From Candidatus Magasanikiibacteriota bacterium (GTDB lineage Bacteria; Patescibacteriota; Patescibacteriia; Magasanikbacterales; UBA922), in contig JBAYJP010000002.1 of NCBI GenBank assembly GCA_041665025.1, forward strand, positions 196,820-260,819: DNA of 64,000 bases, written 5' to 3'. This document shows, in pieces, positions 9,175 to 18,830 of the stretch. The stretch's first letter is position 1. Every line of letters starts with the position of its first letter. The notes under the pieces were generated by a model that was not told where the DNA came from, ran no database searches, and was given only the letters and a program-made list of their open reading frames with translations. Position numbers and translations under genes: made by a program.

Positions 9175-11031
9175 ATGAAACACCTCGTAAAAAATTTTAT
9201 ATTAGTTTTTCTTACCCTTTTGCTCGTGGCGGCACTCCTCAGTACAGCCAATTTTGGTGGCGCGCAGAAAGCAGAGCAAGTAGGCATTAGCCGCCTGGTA
9301 ACTGAAATTAATAATGACAATGTCTCTGCTATTGAGGTCCAGGGCGATTTGATAAAGATCACTCTCAAAGCAGAAAATACACCACTTTTGGAAGTCAAGA
9401 AAGAAGCCGGTCAATCTTTTTCTGAGCTTATGAGCAATTATGGCGTAGATACCCAAAAACTTCAGCAAGTGAATGTCCAGGTAAAAGATCAGTCAGGGTG
9501 GAAATTTTGGGTTGCAGCTCTTGCACCGTGGCTTTTGCCCATATTGTTGTTTGTGGGCATTATTTATTTTTTTAGCCGTCAAGTACAAGGAGCAAATAAC
9601 CGAGCAATGGGATTTGGTCAAAGTACTGCTCGCCAAGTAAAACCAGATGATAAAAATAAGAAAACATTCGCTGACGTGGCAGGAGCCAAAGAGGCAAAAG
9701 AAGAGTTGCAAGAAGTGGTTGAATTTTTGAAAGATCCAAAACGATTTACTGATATGGGGGCCAAAATTCCAAAAGGTGTTTTGCTCATGGGCACACCAGG
9801 AACCGGTAAAACATTGCTTGCAAAAGCTGTCGCAGGAGAGGCAAACGTGCCATTCTTCCACATGAGTGGTTCTGAATTTGTAGAAATGTTTGTCGGTGTG
9901 GGTGCATCTCGCGTACGTGATTTATTTAACAAAGCAAAAAAAGCCGCTCCCGCTATTGTATTTATTGATGAAATTGACGCCGTGGGGCGCAAGCGTGGCG
10001 CAGGACTCGGTGGTAGTCATGATGAACGCGAACAAACACTCAACCAAATTCTTGTTGAAATGGATGGGTTTGATCCAAACCTCGGTGTGATTGTCGTCGC
10101 AGCAACCAATCGTCCTGATGTACTTGACCCAGCACTTCTTCGTCCCGGTCGTTTTGATCGCCGTGTAGTGATTGACATGCCAGATATCAATGATCGCGAA
10201 GAAATATTAAAAGTTCATGCCGTAGGTAAACCAATTGTCAAAGATGTTTCATTGCGAAAAATTGCAGAACGCACCCCAGGATTTTCTGGTGCCGATCTTG
10301 CAAATCTTTTGAACGAAGCTGCGATACTTGCGGTACGTAGAAATAAAAAACAAGTTGAAGAAGTAGATGTCTTGGAAAGTATTGAAAAAGTAATTCTCGG
10401 ACCGGAAAAAAGATCACGCGTCATGACAGAAAAAGATAGAAAAATGACTGCGTATCACGAAGCAGGACATGCGATAGTTGGACATTTTCTTCCACACTGT
10501 GATCCGGTTAGAAAAGTTTCTATTATCGGCCGTGGTATGGCAGGCGGATATACATTGTCTATGCCAGAAAACGATGTACGTTACAAAACGCTTATTCAGT
10601 TCAAAGATGAATTGTCTATGATACTTGGAGGCTATGTAACTGAGAAAATGATTTACGGAGATGAATATATTAGCACAGGTCCTTCGAGTGATTTAAAAAA
10701 AGCAACTGAATTGGCTAAGTCTATGATTTTGCGTTATGGCATGAGTGAAAAGCTTGGACCTCGCCAATATGGCGAAAATGATGAACTCATATTTTTGGCT
10801 CAAGAAATACATGAAAAAAGAAATTATAGCGAAAAAACGGCTGAACTTATTGATGTGGAAATTGATAAATTGTTGAGTGATTCTATAACACGCGCTGAAA
10901 ATATTATCAAAAAACAACGCAAGCAAATGGATGATTTGGTGGCAGTTTTGCTCAAGAAAGAAACTGTCGAACAGGATGAATTTAAACTGATTATGGGCCA
11001 CGAAGTAGTACATGACGTGGAAAAAAATTAG
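9175..11031 (+). CDS. ftsH: ATP-dependent zinc metalloprotease FtsH
   Basis: N-terminal TM, AAA+ Walker A '[23 protein letters not shown]', zinc motif 'HEAGHAIV', 618 aa. Confidence 0.95.
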   Translation: MKHLVKNFILVFLTLLLVAALLSTANFGGAQKAEQVGISRLVTEINNDNVSAIEVQGDLIKITLKAENTPLLEVKKEAGQSFSELMSNYGVDTQKLQQVNVQVKDQSGWKFWVAALAPWLLPILLFVGIIYFFSRQVQGANNRAMGFGQSTARQVKPDDKNKKTFADVAGAKEAKEELQEVVEFLKDPKRFTDMGAKIPKGVLLMGTPGTGKTLLAKAVAGEANVPFFHMSGSEFVEMFVGVGASRVRDLFNKAKKAAPAIVFIDEIDAVGRKRGAGLGGSHDEREQTLNQILVEMDGFDPNLGVIVVAATNRPDVLDPALLRPGRFDRRVVIDMPDINDREEILKVHAVGKPIVKDVSLRKIAERTPGFSGADLANLLNEAAILAVRRNKKQVEEVDVLESIEKVILGPEKRSRVMTEKDRKMTAYHEAGHAIVGHFLPHCDPVRKVSIIGRGMAGGYTLSMPENDVRYKTLIQFKDELSMILGGYVTEKMIYGDEYISTGPSSDLKKATELAKSMILRYGMSEKLGPRQYGENDELIFLAQEIHEKRNYSEKTAELIDVEIDKLLSDSITRAENIIKKQRKQMDDLVAVLLKKETVEQDEFKLIMGHEVVHDVEKN

Positions 11032-11123
11032 ACAGATATTACAAAATACTAAAAAGATATTGAAAAGAAATTAAGATATTTACATTGATAAACTGTTTAT
11101 TGTTGACAGACTTATATCGCGTT

Positions 11124-11163
11124 CGTAACTTTATAACTTTACAACTTTCGACTTTATAACTTC
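11124..11163 (+). repeat. Tandem heptad/octad array 'nnAACTTT' (gtaACTTTataACTTTacaACTTTcgACTTTataACTTc); related copy on opposite strand at 17424-17462
   Basis: Direct visual repeat; ~34/38 identity with revcomp of 17424-17462. Confidence 0.6.
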
Positions 11164-11164
11164 A

Positions 11165-11185
11165 CCCCGCCTTGTGGCGGGTTTT
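11165..11185 (+). terminator. Intrinsic terminator hairpin ccccgcc-ttgt-ggcggg + tttt (ftsH terminator or attenuator before rlmI)
   Basis: 6-bp GC stem, tetraloop, T-tract; 12 nt upstream of the next ATG. Confidence 0.55.
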
Positions 11186-11196
11186 CGTTAGGACGT

Positions 11197-12384
11197 ATGA
11201 CTACTACATTGCCACAATTAATTCTCAAGCCAGGAAAAGAAAAACCAATAAAGAATTTTCATCATTGGATTTTTTCGGGCGCTATAAAACAATTCCCCAA
11301 AGAAGCAGAAGATGGCGATTTTGTGAACGTGTATAGTTCAAGTGGAGAATTATTGGGCAGTGCGTATGTGAACCGTAAGACTTCAATTACTGCACGCATG
11401 GTGTCTTTTGATAATGCCGAACCTTTGGATTCAATTGTTAGCCATATGGATAAGGCAATTGAAATGAGAAAGAATTTTTTTGATGATAAACAAACAAATG
11501 CATACCGTTTAATAAATAGCGAAGGAGATGGTATCCCAGGTTTAGTTGTAGACAAGTATGATGATGTGATTGTGGTACAGATAACAACACTTGGCATTGA
11601 AAAAATAAAAAAAGATATTGTAAATTATCTGGTTGCAAAATTAAAACCAATTTGCGTGTATGAACGGTCAGATATGCCTTCACGCAGAGAAGAAGGTTTG
11701 AAAAATCAGGTTGGATTGCTATATGGCGAAGACATAAAAGAAAAAATAATTAAAGAATGCGGGGCATTATTTAAGGTAGATTTTATTGACTCACAAAAAA
11801 CAGGATTTTTTCTGGACCAACGCGAGATGAGACAGCACGTAAAAAAACTAGCCAGTAATAAAACTGTTTTAAATTGTTTTTCATACACGGGAGGATTTTC
11901 TGTTGCCGCGGCTCTCGGTGGTGCTAAAAAGGCTGATTCAGTAGATATTTCAGACCCTGCAATTGAATTAGCTAAGGAAAATTTTACTCTCAATAATCTT
12001 AGTCTTAATTTCAATTCTTTTTTTACTGCAGATGTATTTGAATTTTTGCGTAAGGACTCAATCAAAGATGTATATGATTTTATTGTGCTTGATCCGCCAG
12101 CATTTGCAAAAAAGAGGGGAGATGTTGTACAAGCATGTAGGGGTTACAAAGATATTAATCGTCTCGCGTTACAAAAAATAAAATCATCAGGAATTCTTGT
12201 TACTTCATCTTGTTCATACTATGTGGATGAAAAGTTATTTCAACAAGTTGTGTTTGAAGCGGCGGTAGAGGCAAAACGTTCAGTGCATATTATTGATAAA
12301 CATCATTATGCGCCTGATCACCCGGTAAATATTTTTCATCCAGAGGGAAATTATTTGAAGAGTTTGGTGTTGTGGGTGGAATAA
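11197..12384 (+). CDS. rlmI: Class I SAM-dependent rRNA methyltransferase, RlmI/RlmK (PUA + MTase) family
   Basis: 'FSYTGGFSVAA' SAM motif, 'VLDPPAFAK' motif IV, 395 aa, N-terminal PUA-like region. Confidence 0.75.
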   Translation: MTTTLPQLILKPGKEKPIKNFHHWIFSGAIKQFPKEAEDGDFVNVYSSSGELLGSAYVNRKTSITARMVSFDNAEPLDSIVSHMDKAIEMRKNFFDDKQTNAYRLINSEGDGIPGLVVDKYDDVIVVQITTLGIEKIKKDIVNYLVAKLKPICVYERSDMPSRREEGLKNQVGLLYGEDIKEKIIKECGALFKVDFIDSQKTGFFLDQREMRQHVKKLASNKTVLNCFSYTGGFSVAAALGGAKKADSVDISDPAIELAKENFTLNNLSLNFNSFFTADVFEFLRKDSIKDVYDFIVLDPPAFAKKRGDVVQACRGYKDINRLALQKIKSSGILVTSSCSYYVDEKLFQQVVFEAAVEAKRSVHIIDKHHYAPDHPVNIFHPEGNYLKSLVLWVE

Positions 12385-12451
12385 TATAGAAATTGGAAAT
12401 TAGGGAAAGAAAATATTGAAAAAATATTGGGATATTGAGATATTATTAAAC

Positions 12452-12484
12452 AAAAAACCTCCGCTATAAACGGTAGGTTTTTTG
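12452..12484 (+). terminator. Intrinsic terminator after rlmI (aaaaaacctccg-ctataaa-cggtaggtttttt)
   Basis: Stem with one bulge followed by T-tract. Confidence 0.6.
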
Positions 12485-12582
12485 TCCTGTTTGTGCACAA
12501 GTTAGGTGTGCCGGTTTTTTACATGCCCACGGCCGCATGGATGACCAGTCCTTGCTAGTCTTTCCTCCTTGTGTGATGATGG

Positions 12583-13017
12583 TTACTTCCAGTACTGCTC
12601 GAAGTATTTTTCCATGCTCATGAAGTCAACCTGAAGTTCAATACCAAACCCGTAAGCGTAAGTAAAGTAACTGAAGACGCACAGTTGGTCATAATCGTAG
12701 GGAGAGTTGAGCTTGTGGGAGAGAGCCTCTTCCACATAACTCTCCGTGATTTCGATTACGACTCTTCCATCTTGCTTTGTGAATTCTTCTTCCCTTTTAG
12801 TGAGTTCCTCCCACTCTCTTTGACTTGTTACCTTTCCATGGGGCAAGAGTCCTGCTTCTTGCAGGAGTTTTGCCGTGCCCAGCACGAGATGAGGGGTTGA
12901 ACCTGGCATTACTTCCTCTCCCTGTTGTTGAGAACGTGGCGTAACCAGATATCGGTCCCGTCGTTTTACGGCTGATGGGACGGCGAAAAGAACATAGAAC
13001 CATCCGGGGTCGGTCAA
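12583..13017 (-). CDS. High-GC island gene 2b: hypothetical protein (144 aa)
   Basis: GC-rich codons; ATGA start/stop overlap with upstream gene; 'CTTTCCTCCTTGTG' motif 10 nt past stop as in island 1. Confidence 0.5.
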   Translation of the reverse strand: MTDPGWFYVLFAVPSAVKRRDRYLVTPRSQQQGEEVMPGSTPHLVLGTAKLLQEAGLLPHGKVTSQREWEELTKREEEFTKQDGRVVIEITESYVEEALSHKLNSPYDYDQLCVFSYFTYAYGFGIELQVDFMSMEKYFEQYWK

Positions 13018-13439
13018 ACGGAAAACCTAAAAGGATTTCTTTCGAAGATATTGCTTACATCTTTCTCCGTCTCTTTACCAGCGGAATTGTGCTTCCACAT
13101 GATCTTGTCACCGATCTGCGTGAATTCGCTGTTGATGGGGATGTAATTGATGACCGAACCAGTCACCCATGGGGTAGATCCTTCTTGGACATGTGCGAAT
13201 TCAGTTTCACCGTCGTCCAGAAGACGGTAGACGACCAACTCGTACGAGAATTGACGTACTTCAACGCCAATTGAAAACGCCTGTGGACCCTCTACCTCTT
13301 TCTTGTCAATCAGAAGGAGCAGGAACAGAAAACCCCACCCAATTTTTTCGTTGAATCCAAACCCTTCGCAGCTGTACGCCGACCTTGCGTCCATGATTTT
13401 TCTTTCAGCTTCCTTGCGACGCTCCCTCAGGCTTTTCAT
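13014..13439 (-). CDS. High-GC island gene 2a: hypothetical protein with one hydrophobic segment (start taken at internal Met with GGGAG SD; ORF extends to 13466)
   Basis: 'GGGAGtcaccaaATG' SD before Met10; GC-rich codon usage; hydrophobic 'IGWGFLFLLLLI'. Confidence 0.5.
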   Translation of the reverse strand: MKSLRERRKEAERKIMDARSAYSCEGFGFNEKIGWGFLFLLLLIDKKEVEGPQAFSIGVEVRQFSYELVVYRLLDDGETEFAHVQEGSTPWVTGSVINYIPINSEFTQIGDKIMWKHNSAGKETEKDVSNIFERNPFRFSV

Positions 13440-13620
13440 TTGGTGACTCCCCCATTTCGGGTACATTTTGCAGGCATTGGTGCCTACAGTGTTGCCTTCC
13501 CTGTGAAGAGGATATTATATAGTAATATGATATTTGACAAGAGTATACGTCTTAATAAATTTATAATTTTGTCATAAATAAGCTAATTTTCTTGTTAATA
13601 AAATATATTGTCGGAATAGA

Positions 13621-13649
13621 TTGACACAAAATAGACTATATAATATACT
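13621..13649 (+). promoter_or_regulatory. Sigma70-like promoter for second TrmB-like gene (TTGACA-17-TATACT), leaderless-type
   Basis: -10 ends 9 nt before ATG 13659; upstream shares 'ATATTTGACAA' and 'AAATAAGCTAA' words with the 4330-4370 region. Confidence 0.5.
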
Positions 13650-13658
13650 GTTTATCAT

Positions 13659-14456
13659 ATGAACCCACAACTATATAAACAACTCCAAGATGTTGGCTTG
13701 CAGGATAATGAGGCAAAGGTATACCTGGCCTTACTTGAGATTGGTAGGGGAACAGTTACCCAAATTAGCAGCCGTGCAGGTATGAACCGCACAACTGGCT
13801 ATGATATTTTGGAGCGTCTTAGTTTGCACGGACTTGTAAATCCAGTTATTACAAGCAAAAAGAAAAGAATATATGTGCCTGAACCACCTATACGCCTCAA
13901 ACAATTTTTGGAAAATAAAAAACGGCAAGCAGAGCGTCGTTTGAATGAAATCGGTTCATTATTACCAGAGTTGCAGGCGCTGTATAAGACCGAGCTGAAA
14001 CCAGTAATTAAGGTTGCGGAAGGAAAAAATGCTATGCAAAAGCTCTATATGAATGTAACTGAATCAAACAGCACTATATATTCTATATTGAATTTGAAAG
14101 GGTATGCGGAAGCATTTGATGAAATGGGAACAATACAGTCTGAAGAACGATTTAAAAAGGGAATAAAAGAAAAATGTTTGGCCGTGGATAGTGAAGTTGC
14201 GCGATGGTGGCATGATAAAACGTACAAAAAACAAAGTAAGGCTCGACAGGAGAATACAACATACCACTGGTTGCCGTGGGATGACCGGTACAAAACTGCA
14301 GGGGAAGTTAATATATTTGATGATAAAGTAATAGGCGTGCTATCTAAACCTGAAGAGAGTATAGCGTTTGAGATTCAAAGTCAGACTTTTGCTGACTTTT
14401 TGAAATTAGTTTTTGAGATGGCTTGGAAGAATACAAAAGGAAAAAACTCGGAATAG
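13659..14456 (+). CDS. TrmB-family HTH transcriptional regulator (single C-terminal domain), paralog of 4412-5929
   Basis: 'DNEAKVYLALLEIGRGTVTQISSRAGMNRTTGYDILERLSLHGLV' TrmB wHTH; C-terminal ends 'FADFLKLVFEMAWKN' like repeat ends of the other paralog. Confidence 0.7.
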   Translation: MNPQLYKQLQDVGLQDNEAKVYLALLEIGRGTVTQISSRAGMNRTTGYDILERLSLHGLVNPVITSKKKRIYVPEPPIRLKQFLENKKRQAERRLNEIGSLLPELQALYKTELKPVIKVAEGKNAMQKLYMNVTESNSTIYSILNLKGYAEAFDEMGTIQSEERFKKGIKEKCLAVDSEVARWWHDKTYKKQSKARQENTTYHWLPWDDRYKTAGEVNIFDDKVIGVLSKPEESIAFEIQSQTFADFLKLVFEMAWKNTKGKNSE

Positions 14457-14482
14457 AGTAAAAATGGAGAATGTGATATAAT

Positions 14483-14569
14483 ATGTACGAAATGCGAAAA
14501 CTTCGAAAGGTGCGAAAATGGCGATTTCGAATTTTTCGTAGATTTCGTGTTTCGTACATACATTAAAAT
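14483..14569. repeat. Palindromic TACGAAA-repeat element (terminal IRs atgtacgaaa...tttcgtacat); family member also at 57659-57734
   Basis: 10-bp perfect terminal inverted repeat plus internal cgaaa/tttcg words; sits in 5' leader of membrane-protein gene. Confidence 0.65.
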
Positions 14570-14597
14570 TGTTATTTTAGAGATAAACTTATTTAAT

Positions 14598-15584
14598 ATG
14601 CATGAACCAACCTATCGTGATGCATTCAAAGCAAGCTGGGAGCTTGCGTGGCATCATAAGTCTTTGTGGATTTTTGGATTGTTTGCCGCATTTTGGGGCC
14701 AACTGGGCATTATGGAATTATTGGCCAAAGTAGTATTTGGTGCAAGCACGCTTCATACGCCATCAGCATTTGTGTATGCAGTAAACTTTTTTACACAATA
14801 TAATTTCGTCGACTTTGCACGTGTGTGGCATCCAGGTTTGGATACTTGGGTATGGACATTATGGCTTGTGGTGATTTTTGTTGGTTTTGCGGTATTTCTT
14901 GCCTTCATTTCTACTGTTTCACAGGGTGCAATTGTACATAGTGCTGAAAAGTACATGGAAAAAAGAAAGAAAAAGTTTGAATCAAGCTCTGTCTCATGGC
15001 ATGAGAGCAGAAAATATTTCGGTAAATTATTTGCTTTGAATATTTTGCGCAAGATTATTGAAATCGCGTTTATTTCGTTTGCTGCATGGGGCATGGCAAA
15101 TGCCTTGATTGAGCCAAATGGATCTGATGTCGCGTTATTCTTGTTTTTGTTTGTACTTGCAGCTTTGATGGGAATGGTATTGTCTTTTATGCTCGTATAT
15201 TCAACAGGCTACGTAGTTATTGAAAAGAAAAAATTTGTTGAATCGCTTCACATGGCATGGAGACTTTTTACGCGCCATTGGCTCGTATCGTTTGAAGTCG
15301 GGTTTTTACTCATGCTTGCCAATCTTGTGCTTGTTGCACTTGTGCTCGTGGGGTTGTATCTCTTATTTTTACCAAGTCTTGTTATGTGGCTTATTGCATT
15401 TGCCATACAGAGTCAAGGTCTATATATTGCAGGTATGTTTCTTGGTTTTGGTTTATTTTTGGTCTATCTCGCCATACTTGGTTCAATGTTTACGGTATTT
15501 GTTACTTCCACCTGGTCATATTTGTTTGCGAAAATGCACAGAGAAGGTGTGGTGAGCAGAGTTGTACATTTTTTTAAACGATAA
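14598..15584 (+). CDS. Polytopic membrane protein of unknown function (ORF extends to 14547 via GTG inside the palindromic element)
   Basis: Multiple hydrophobic helices; ATG 'MHEPTYRD' chosen because upstream part lies within repeat element. Confidence 0.55.
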   Translation: MHEPTYRDAFKASWELAWHHKSLWIFGLFAAFWGQLGIMELLAKVVFGASTLHTPSAFVYAVNFFTQYNFVDFARVWHPGLDTWVWTLWLVVIFVGFAVFLAFISTVSQGAIVHSAEKYMEKRKKKFESSSVSWHESRKYFGKLFALNILRKIIEIAFISFAAWGMANALIEPNGSDVALFLFLFVLAALMGMVLSFMLVYSTGYVVIEKKKFVESLHMAWRLFTRHWLVSFEVGFLLMLANLVLVALVLVGLYLLFLPSLVMWLIAFAIQSQGLYIAGMFLGFGLFLVYLAILGSMFTVFVTSTWSYLFAKMHREGVVSRVVHFFKR

Positions 15585-15651
15585 ATTTCACATAACACAT
15601 AACATTCTTTCATGCATCATTCTGAATTTAGCATTCTGCATTATATAGCAT

Positions 15652-17418
15652 ATGCCGACCGGTCTCCCATCCATTGATGATTTAATTCCAAAAAAAACTA
15701 GTTTACCAACGGATGATTCTTCGGTTACTCAAAAAACAGCCGTACCGCTCAATGTCTCCCAGTCAGGTGCTGAAGAAAAATTTGGTAAAAAAATGGATGA
15801 AATAAAAAAGAAAGAACTGGAGACAGAAGCCATGCGCTTTGCTTCGCAAATTGGTGTACCGCACGTTGATCTCAAAAAATTTCCTGTTACTCACGAAGCG
15901 CTTAAGCAAGTTCCGCTCGAGACCGCAAAAGAATTGGGAGTTGTCTGTTTTTATGCAGATCAAGATGAACTGCGTTTTGGCGCTATTGATCCTACTCTCG
16001 ATGAGGTGAAGACTCTCATAGAAGAAGCCAGCGCTCGCTATCATGCAAACAGCGTAGTGTATGTCGTATCTGAGGTAAGTTTGGAAAGAGTATTGGAAAT
16101 GTATAAAGGCATGCCTACCATAAAAGCAATTAGCAAAGATATTGAAATTACCGCAGAGAGCCTGGATAATGTAAAAGCGCAGGTGGATGATTTTAAAACA
16201 GTAGATGAGCTTCTTCAGAAAAGTACCACGACAGATATTATTACTATTCTACTTGGTGCGGCGCTCAAAGTTGACGCATCAGACATCCATGTTGAAGCAG
16301 AGCAAGACAAGGTGGCTATTCGTTTTCGTTTGGATGGTATTTTGCATGATGTTTCCATGTTGCCCAAAGACATGCTGCATCAGCTCCTGTCGCGTATCAA
16401 ACTTACTTCATCGCTTAAAATTAACATTACTGACAAACCGCAAGACGGACGTTTTACCATAAAACTTGAAACTGGTGATGTAGATGTCCGTGTGTCAACT
16501 ATTCCGACTGTATTTGGAGAAAGTGTTGTCTTGCGTCTTCTCATGCAACACCAGGAAGGAATTTCTCTTGATGGACTTGGATTTTCACAGCGTGCCCTTG
16601 ATATTATTCGGCAAGAAATTTCTCGTCCGAATGGTATGATTATCACTACTGGTCCGACCGGAAGTGGTAAATCTACGACATTGTATGCGGTTTTGAAAAT
16701 TTTGAATAAGCCAGGTGTGAAAATTATTACGCTTGAAGATCCGGTGGAATATCGTCTTGAGGGAATCAACCAAAGCCAAATAGAACATGAGAAAGGATAC
16801 ACATTTGCAAAAGGATTGCGCTCAATTTTACGTCAAGATCCAGATATCGTCATGGTCGGAGAAATTCGTGATGGAGAAACAGCTGAAATTGCTATCCAGG
16901 CCGCATTGACCGGGCATCTGATGCTTTCTACATTGCATACCAACAGTTCTGCAGGTTCAATTCCCCGTTTGCTTTCTATGGGTGCGCAGTCATTTTTGCT
17001 GGCGCCAGCACTCAACTGTGCTATGGGACAGCGACTTGTACGGCGTGTATGTTCGACATGTCGAAAACAAGTTGCATTGTCAGCTATGGCGCCGCATGTT
17101 CAGGAACGAGCACAAAAAAATATTGAACTTATGCCAGAAACAGAACGAACAAAATTTTCTCAAAAAGAACTTTTGTTTTATACCTCAGTAGGATGCAAGG
17201 ATTGCAATGGTATCGGATACAAGGGGCGCATAGGAATATGTGAAATTTTCCAGGTTACCGATGAAATTAAAGATTTAATTTTGTCAGGCGTTGCGGCTGA
17301 ACATGAGATAGAAGATCATGCACGCAAACAAGGTATGACAACTATGGTTCAAGATGGTATACTTAAAGCCGCGGAAGGAATTACGACATTGGATGAAATA
17401 TTTCGTGTTATTGATTAA
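15652..17418 (+). CDS. pilB: Type IV pilus / type II secretion assembly ATPase (PilB/GspE family)
   Basis: Walker A 'GPTGSGKSTTLYA', 'GEIRD' , C-terminal Cys4 'CSTCRK...CKDCNGIGYKGRIGICE'. Confidence 0.9.
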   Translation: MPTGLPSIDDLIPKKTSLPTDDSSVTQKTAVPLNVSQSGAEEKFGKKMDEIKKKELETEAMRFASQIGVPHVDLKKFPVTHEALKQVPLETAKELGVVCFYADQDELRFGAIDPTLDEVKTLIEEASARYHANSVVYVVSEVSLERVLEMYKGMPTIKAISKDIEITAESLDNVKAQVDDFKTVDELLQKSTTTDIITILLGAALKVDASDIHVEAEQDKVAIRFRLDGILHDVSMLPKDMLHQLLSRIKLTSSLKINITDKPQDGRFTIKLETGDVDVRVSTIPTVFGESVVLRLLMQHQEGISLDGLGFSQRALDIIRQEISRPNGMIITTGPTGSGKSTTLYAVLKILNKPGVKIITLEDPVEYRLEGINQSQIEHEKGYTFAKGLRSILRQDPDIVMVGEIRDGETAEIAIQAALTGHLMLSTLHTNSSAGSIPRLLSMGAQSFLLAPALNCAMGQRLVRRVCSTCRKQVALSAMAPHVQERAQKNIELMPETERTKFSQKELLFYTSVGCKDCNGIGYKGRIGICEIFQVTDEIKDLILSGVAAEHEIEDHARKQGMTTMVQDGILKAAEGITTLDEIFRVID

Positions 17419-17423
17419 TGATT

Positions 17424-17462
17424 AGTTATAAAGTTGAAAGTTGTAAAGTTATAAAGTTCGAA
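17424..17462 (-). repeat. AACTTTAT heptad array, inverted copy of 11124-11163
   Basis: revcomp = ttcgaactttataactttacaactttcaactttataac. Confidence 0.6.
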
Positions 17463-17473
17463 TTGGCAAATTG

Positions 17474-17508
17474 ATATGTGATGTGTGCTATGTGATATGT
17501 GAAATATG
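17474..17508 (-). repeat. Heptad 'nTAnCAC' repeat array (4 copies) upstream of 17576 gene
   Basis: minus strand reads tttCACatatCACatagCACacatCACatat. Confidence 0.5.
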
Positions 17509-17575
17509 TTGAGATACATAGAGATAAATTGAGATAAAATTTTCGAAAATCAATATTTAATATTTTTAAAACGCT

Positions 17576-18730
17576 ATGGTTAACATAAAACGAAATACGG
17601 GGAATCCCGAACTTATTCCTTCAAACCAGCCAGTGAGATTTTATAAATTTATTGCGCTTAGTTTTTTGATAGTCACGGTTGTGTTGCTCGGGTTTATTGT
17701 GTTTATGTCTGCTAAACGCGCGGAAATTTCCATTGTAACTCGGTCCGAACCTATAAATGTCCAGGCCACGGTAACTATTGACCCTGTGCAAACTAAACAG
17801 ATTGTCTCTGGATTTGTCACAACAACATTGATTGAGGCAGAACAATCTTTTTCTCCGCAAGGAAATAAAAAAGAAGATGGCATTGCAGAAGGTGTGGTGA
17901 CTCTTGTGAACGATGGAGAGACCGAGCAGGCTTTGGTCGCTACTACACGCTTGCTCACGCCAGAAGGGATATTGTTTCGGATGAAAGACCGTGCAGTAGT
18001 ACCAGCCAAAGGGAGTATCGAAGTCTCTGTATATGCCGACCAAGAAGGTGTATCGGGAGATATAGGTCCTTCGACTTTTATCGTCCCCGGACTCAATGAA
18101 GCAAGACAAAAGATCGTCTATGCAAAAAGTACTGTAGCAATGCAAGGTGGTGTGCGCACTATTGGCACAGTGAATGAGGACGATATAGAGAAAGCAGAGA
18201 AGCAGATGCTTGAGGTATTGAAAAAAAATGGATCTGATGAACTAACTGCATTATATCCAAATAATAAAGGATTATTCGAAGTAGTGCAGTATGTATTTGA
18301 AAATGATGCAAAGCTTGGAGAAGAGGCCTCGACTTTTATGGTAAAAGGTAAGGCGACAGTCGTTGGGGTGTTCTATGATGAGAGCCAATTAAAAGCATAC
18401 GCAGGAGAGATATTGCAAAAACAAGTGGTGGATAATAGCGAAGTCTTGGAATCAGTACAGGGTGAACCGACCGTTGTACTCGATTCAAATGATTTGGAAA
18501 GAGGGACAGCTATTCTCGGTGTCACGCATACGGGACTTGTGAATATTGATCCCAATAGTCGAGAACTCCAAAAAATTATGTTTTTTGGCAAGACAGAAGA
18601 CGAAGTAAGACGTTATGTCATGTCGCTTAACCATGTGCAGGGAGTTGAAATGCATTTTCGTCCCATGTGGAATAGGAGCGTACCACATGTAGCGGATCAT
18701 GTAGTTGTCACGATAAAGCAGGTCGAGTAA
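17576..18730 (+). CDS. Hypothetical protein with N-terminal TM anchor (384 aa), downstream of pilB
   Basis: Hydrophobic 'FIALSFLIVTVVLLGFIVFM' then soluble domain; no motif recognised. Confidence 0.5.
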   Translation: MVNIKRNTGNPELIPSNQPVRFYKFIALSFLIVTVVLLGFIVFMSAKRAEISIVTRSEPINVQATVTIDPVQTKQIVSGFVTTTLIEAEQSFSPQGNKKEDGIAEGVVTLVNDGETEQALVATTRLLTPEGILFRMKDRAVVPAKGSIEVSVYADQEGVSGDIGPSTFIVPGLNEARQKIVYAKSTVAMQGGVRTIGTVNEDDIEKAEKQMLEVLKKNGSDELTALYPNNKGLFEVVQYVFENDAKLGEEASTFMVKGKATVVGVFYDESQLKAYAGEILQKQVVDNSEVLESVQGEPTVVLDSNDLERGTAILGVTHTGLVNIDPNSRELQKIMFFGKTEDEVRRYVMSLNHVQGVEMHFRPMWNRSVPHVADHVVVTIKQVE

Positions 18731-18742
18731 ATATACAACATA

Positions 18743-18793
18743 TACGAACTACGAAAGGTACGAAATTACGAAAGTGGAGATTACGAAGACGAA
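18743..18793 (+). repeat. Five direct TACGAAA repeats immediately upstream of thrS promoter -35
   Basis: tacgaac-tacgaaa-ggtacgaaa-ttacgaaa-...-tacgaagacgaa. Confidence 0.6.
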
Positions 18794-18796
18794 TAT

Positions 18797-18825
18797 TTGA
18801 CAGTTTTATAAATAATAGTTAAGAT
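18797..18825 (+). promoter_or_regulatory. Candidate promoter for thrS leader (TTGACA-17-TAAGAT)
   Basis: Consensus -35, 17-nt spacer, weak -10. Confidence 0.4.
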
Positions 18826-18830
18826 GTACC

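Noticed and set aside
14547-14597. Upstream GTG start for the membrane protein and TTG start for hisAF at 40662
   Set aside because: The GTG lies inside the palindromic repeat element. Downstream ATGs (14598; 40653 with ATGA coupling to hisH stop) fit homolog N-termini better.
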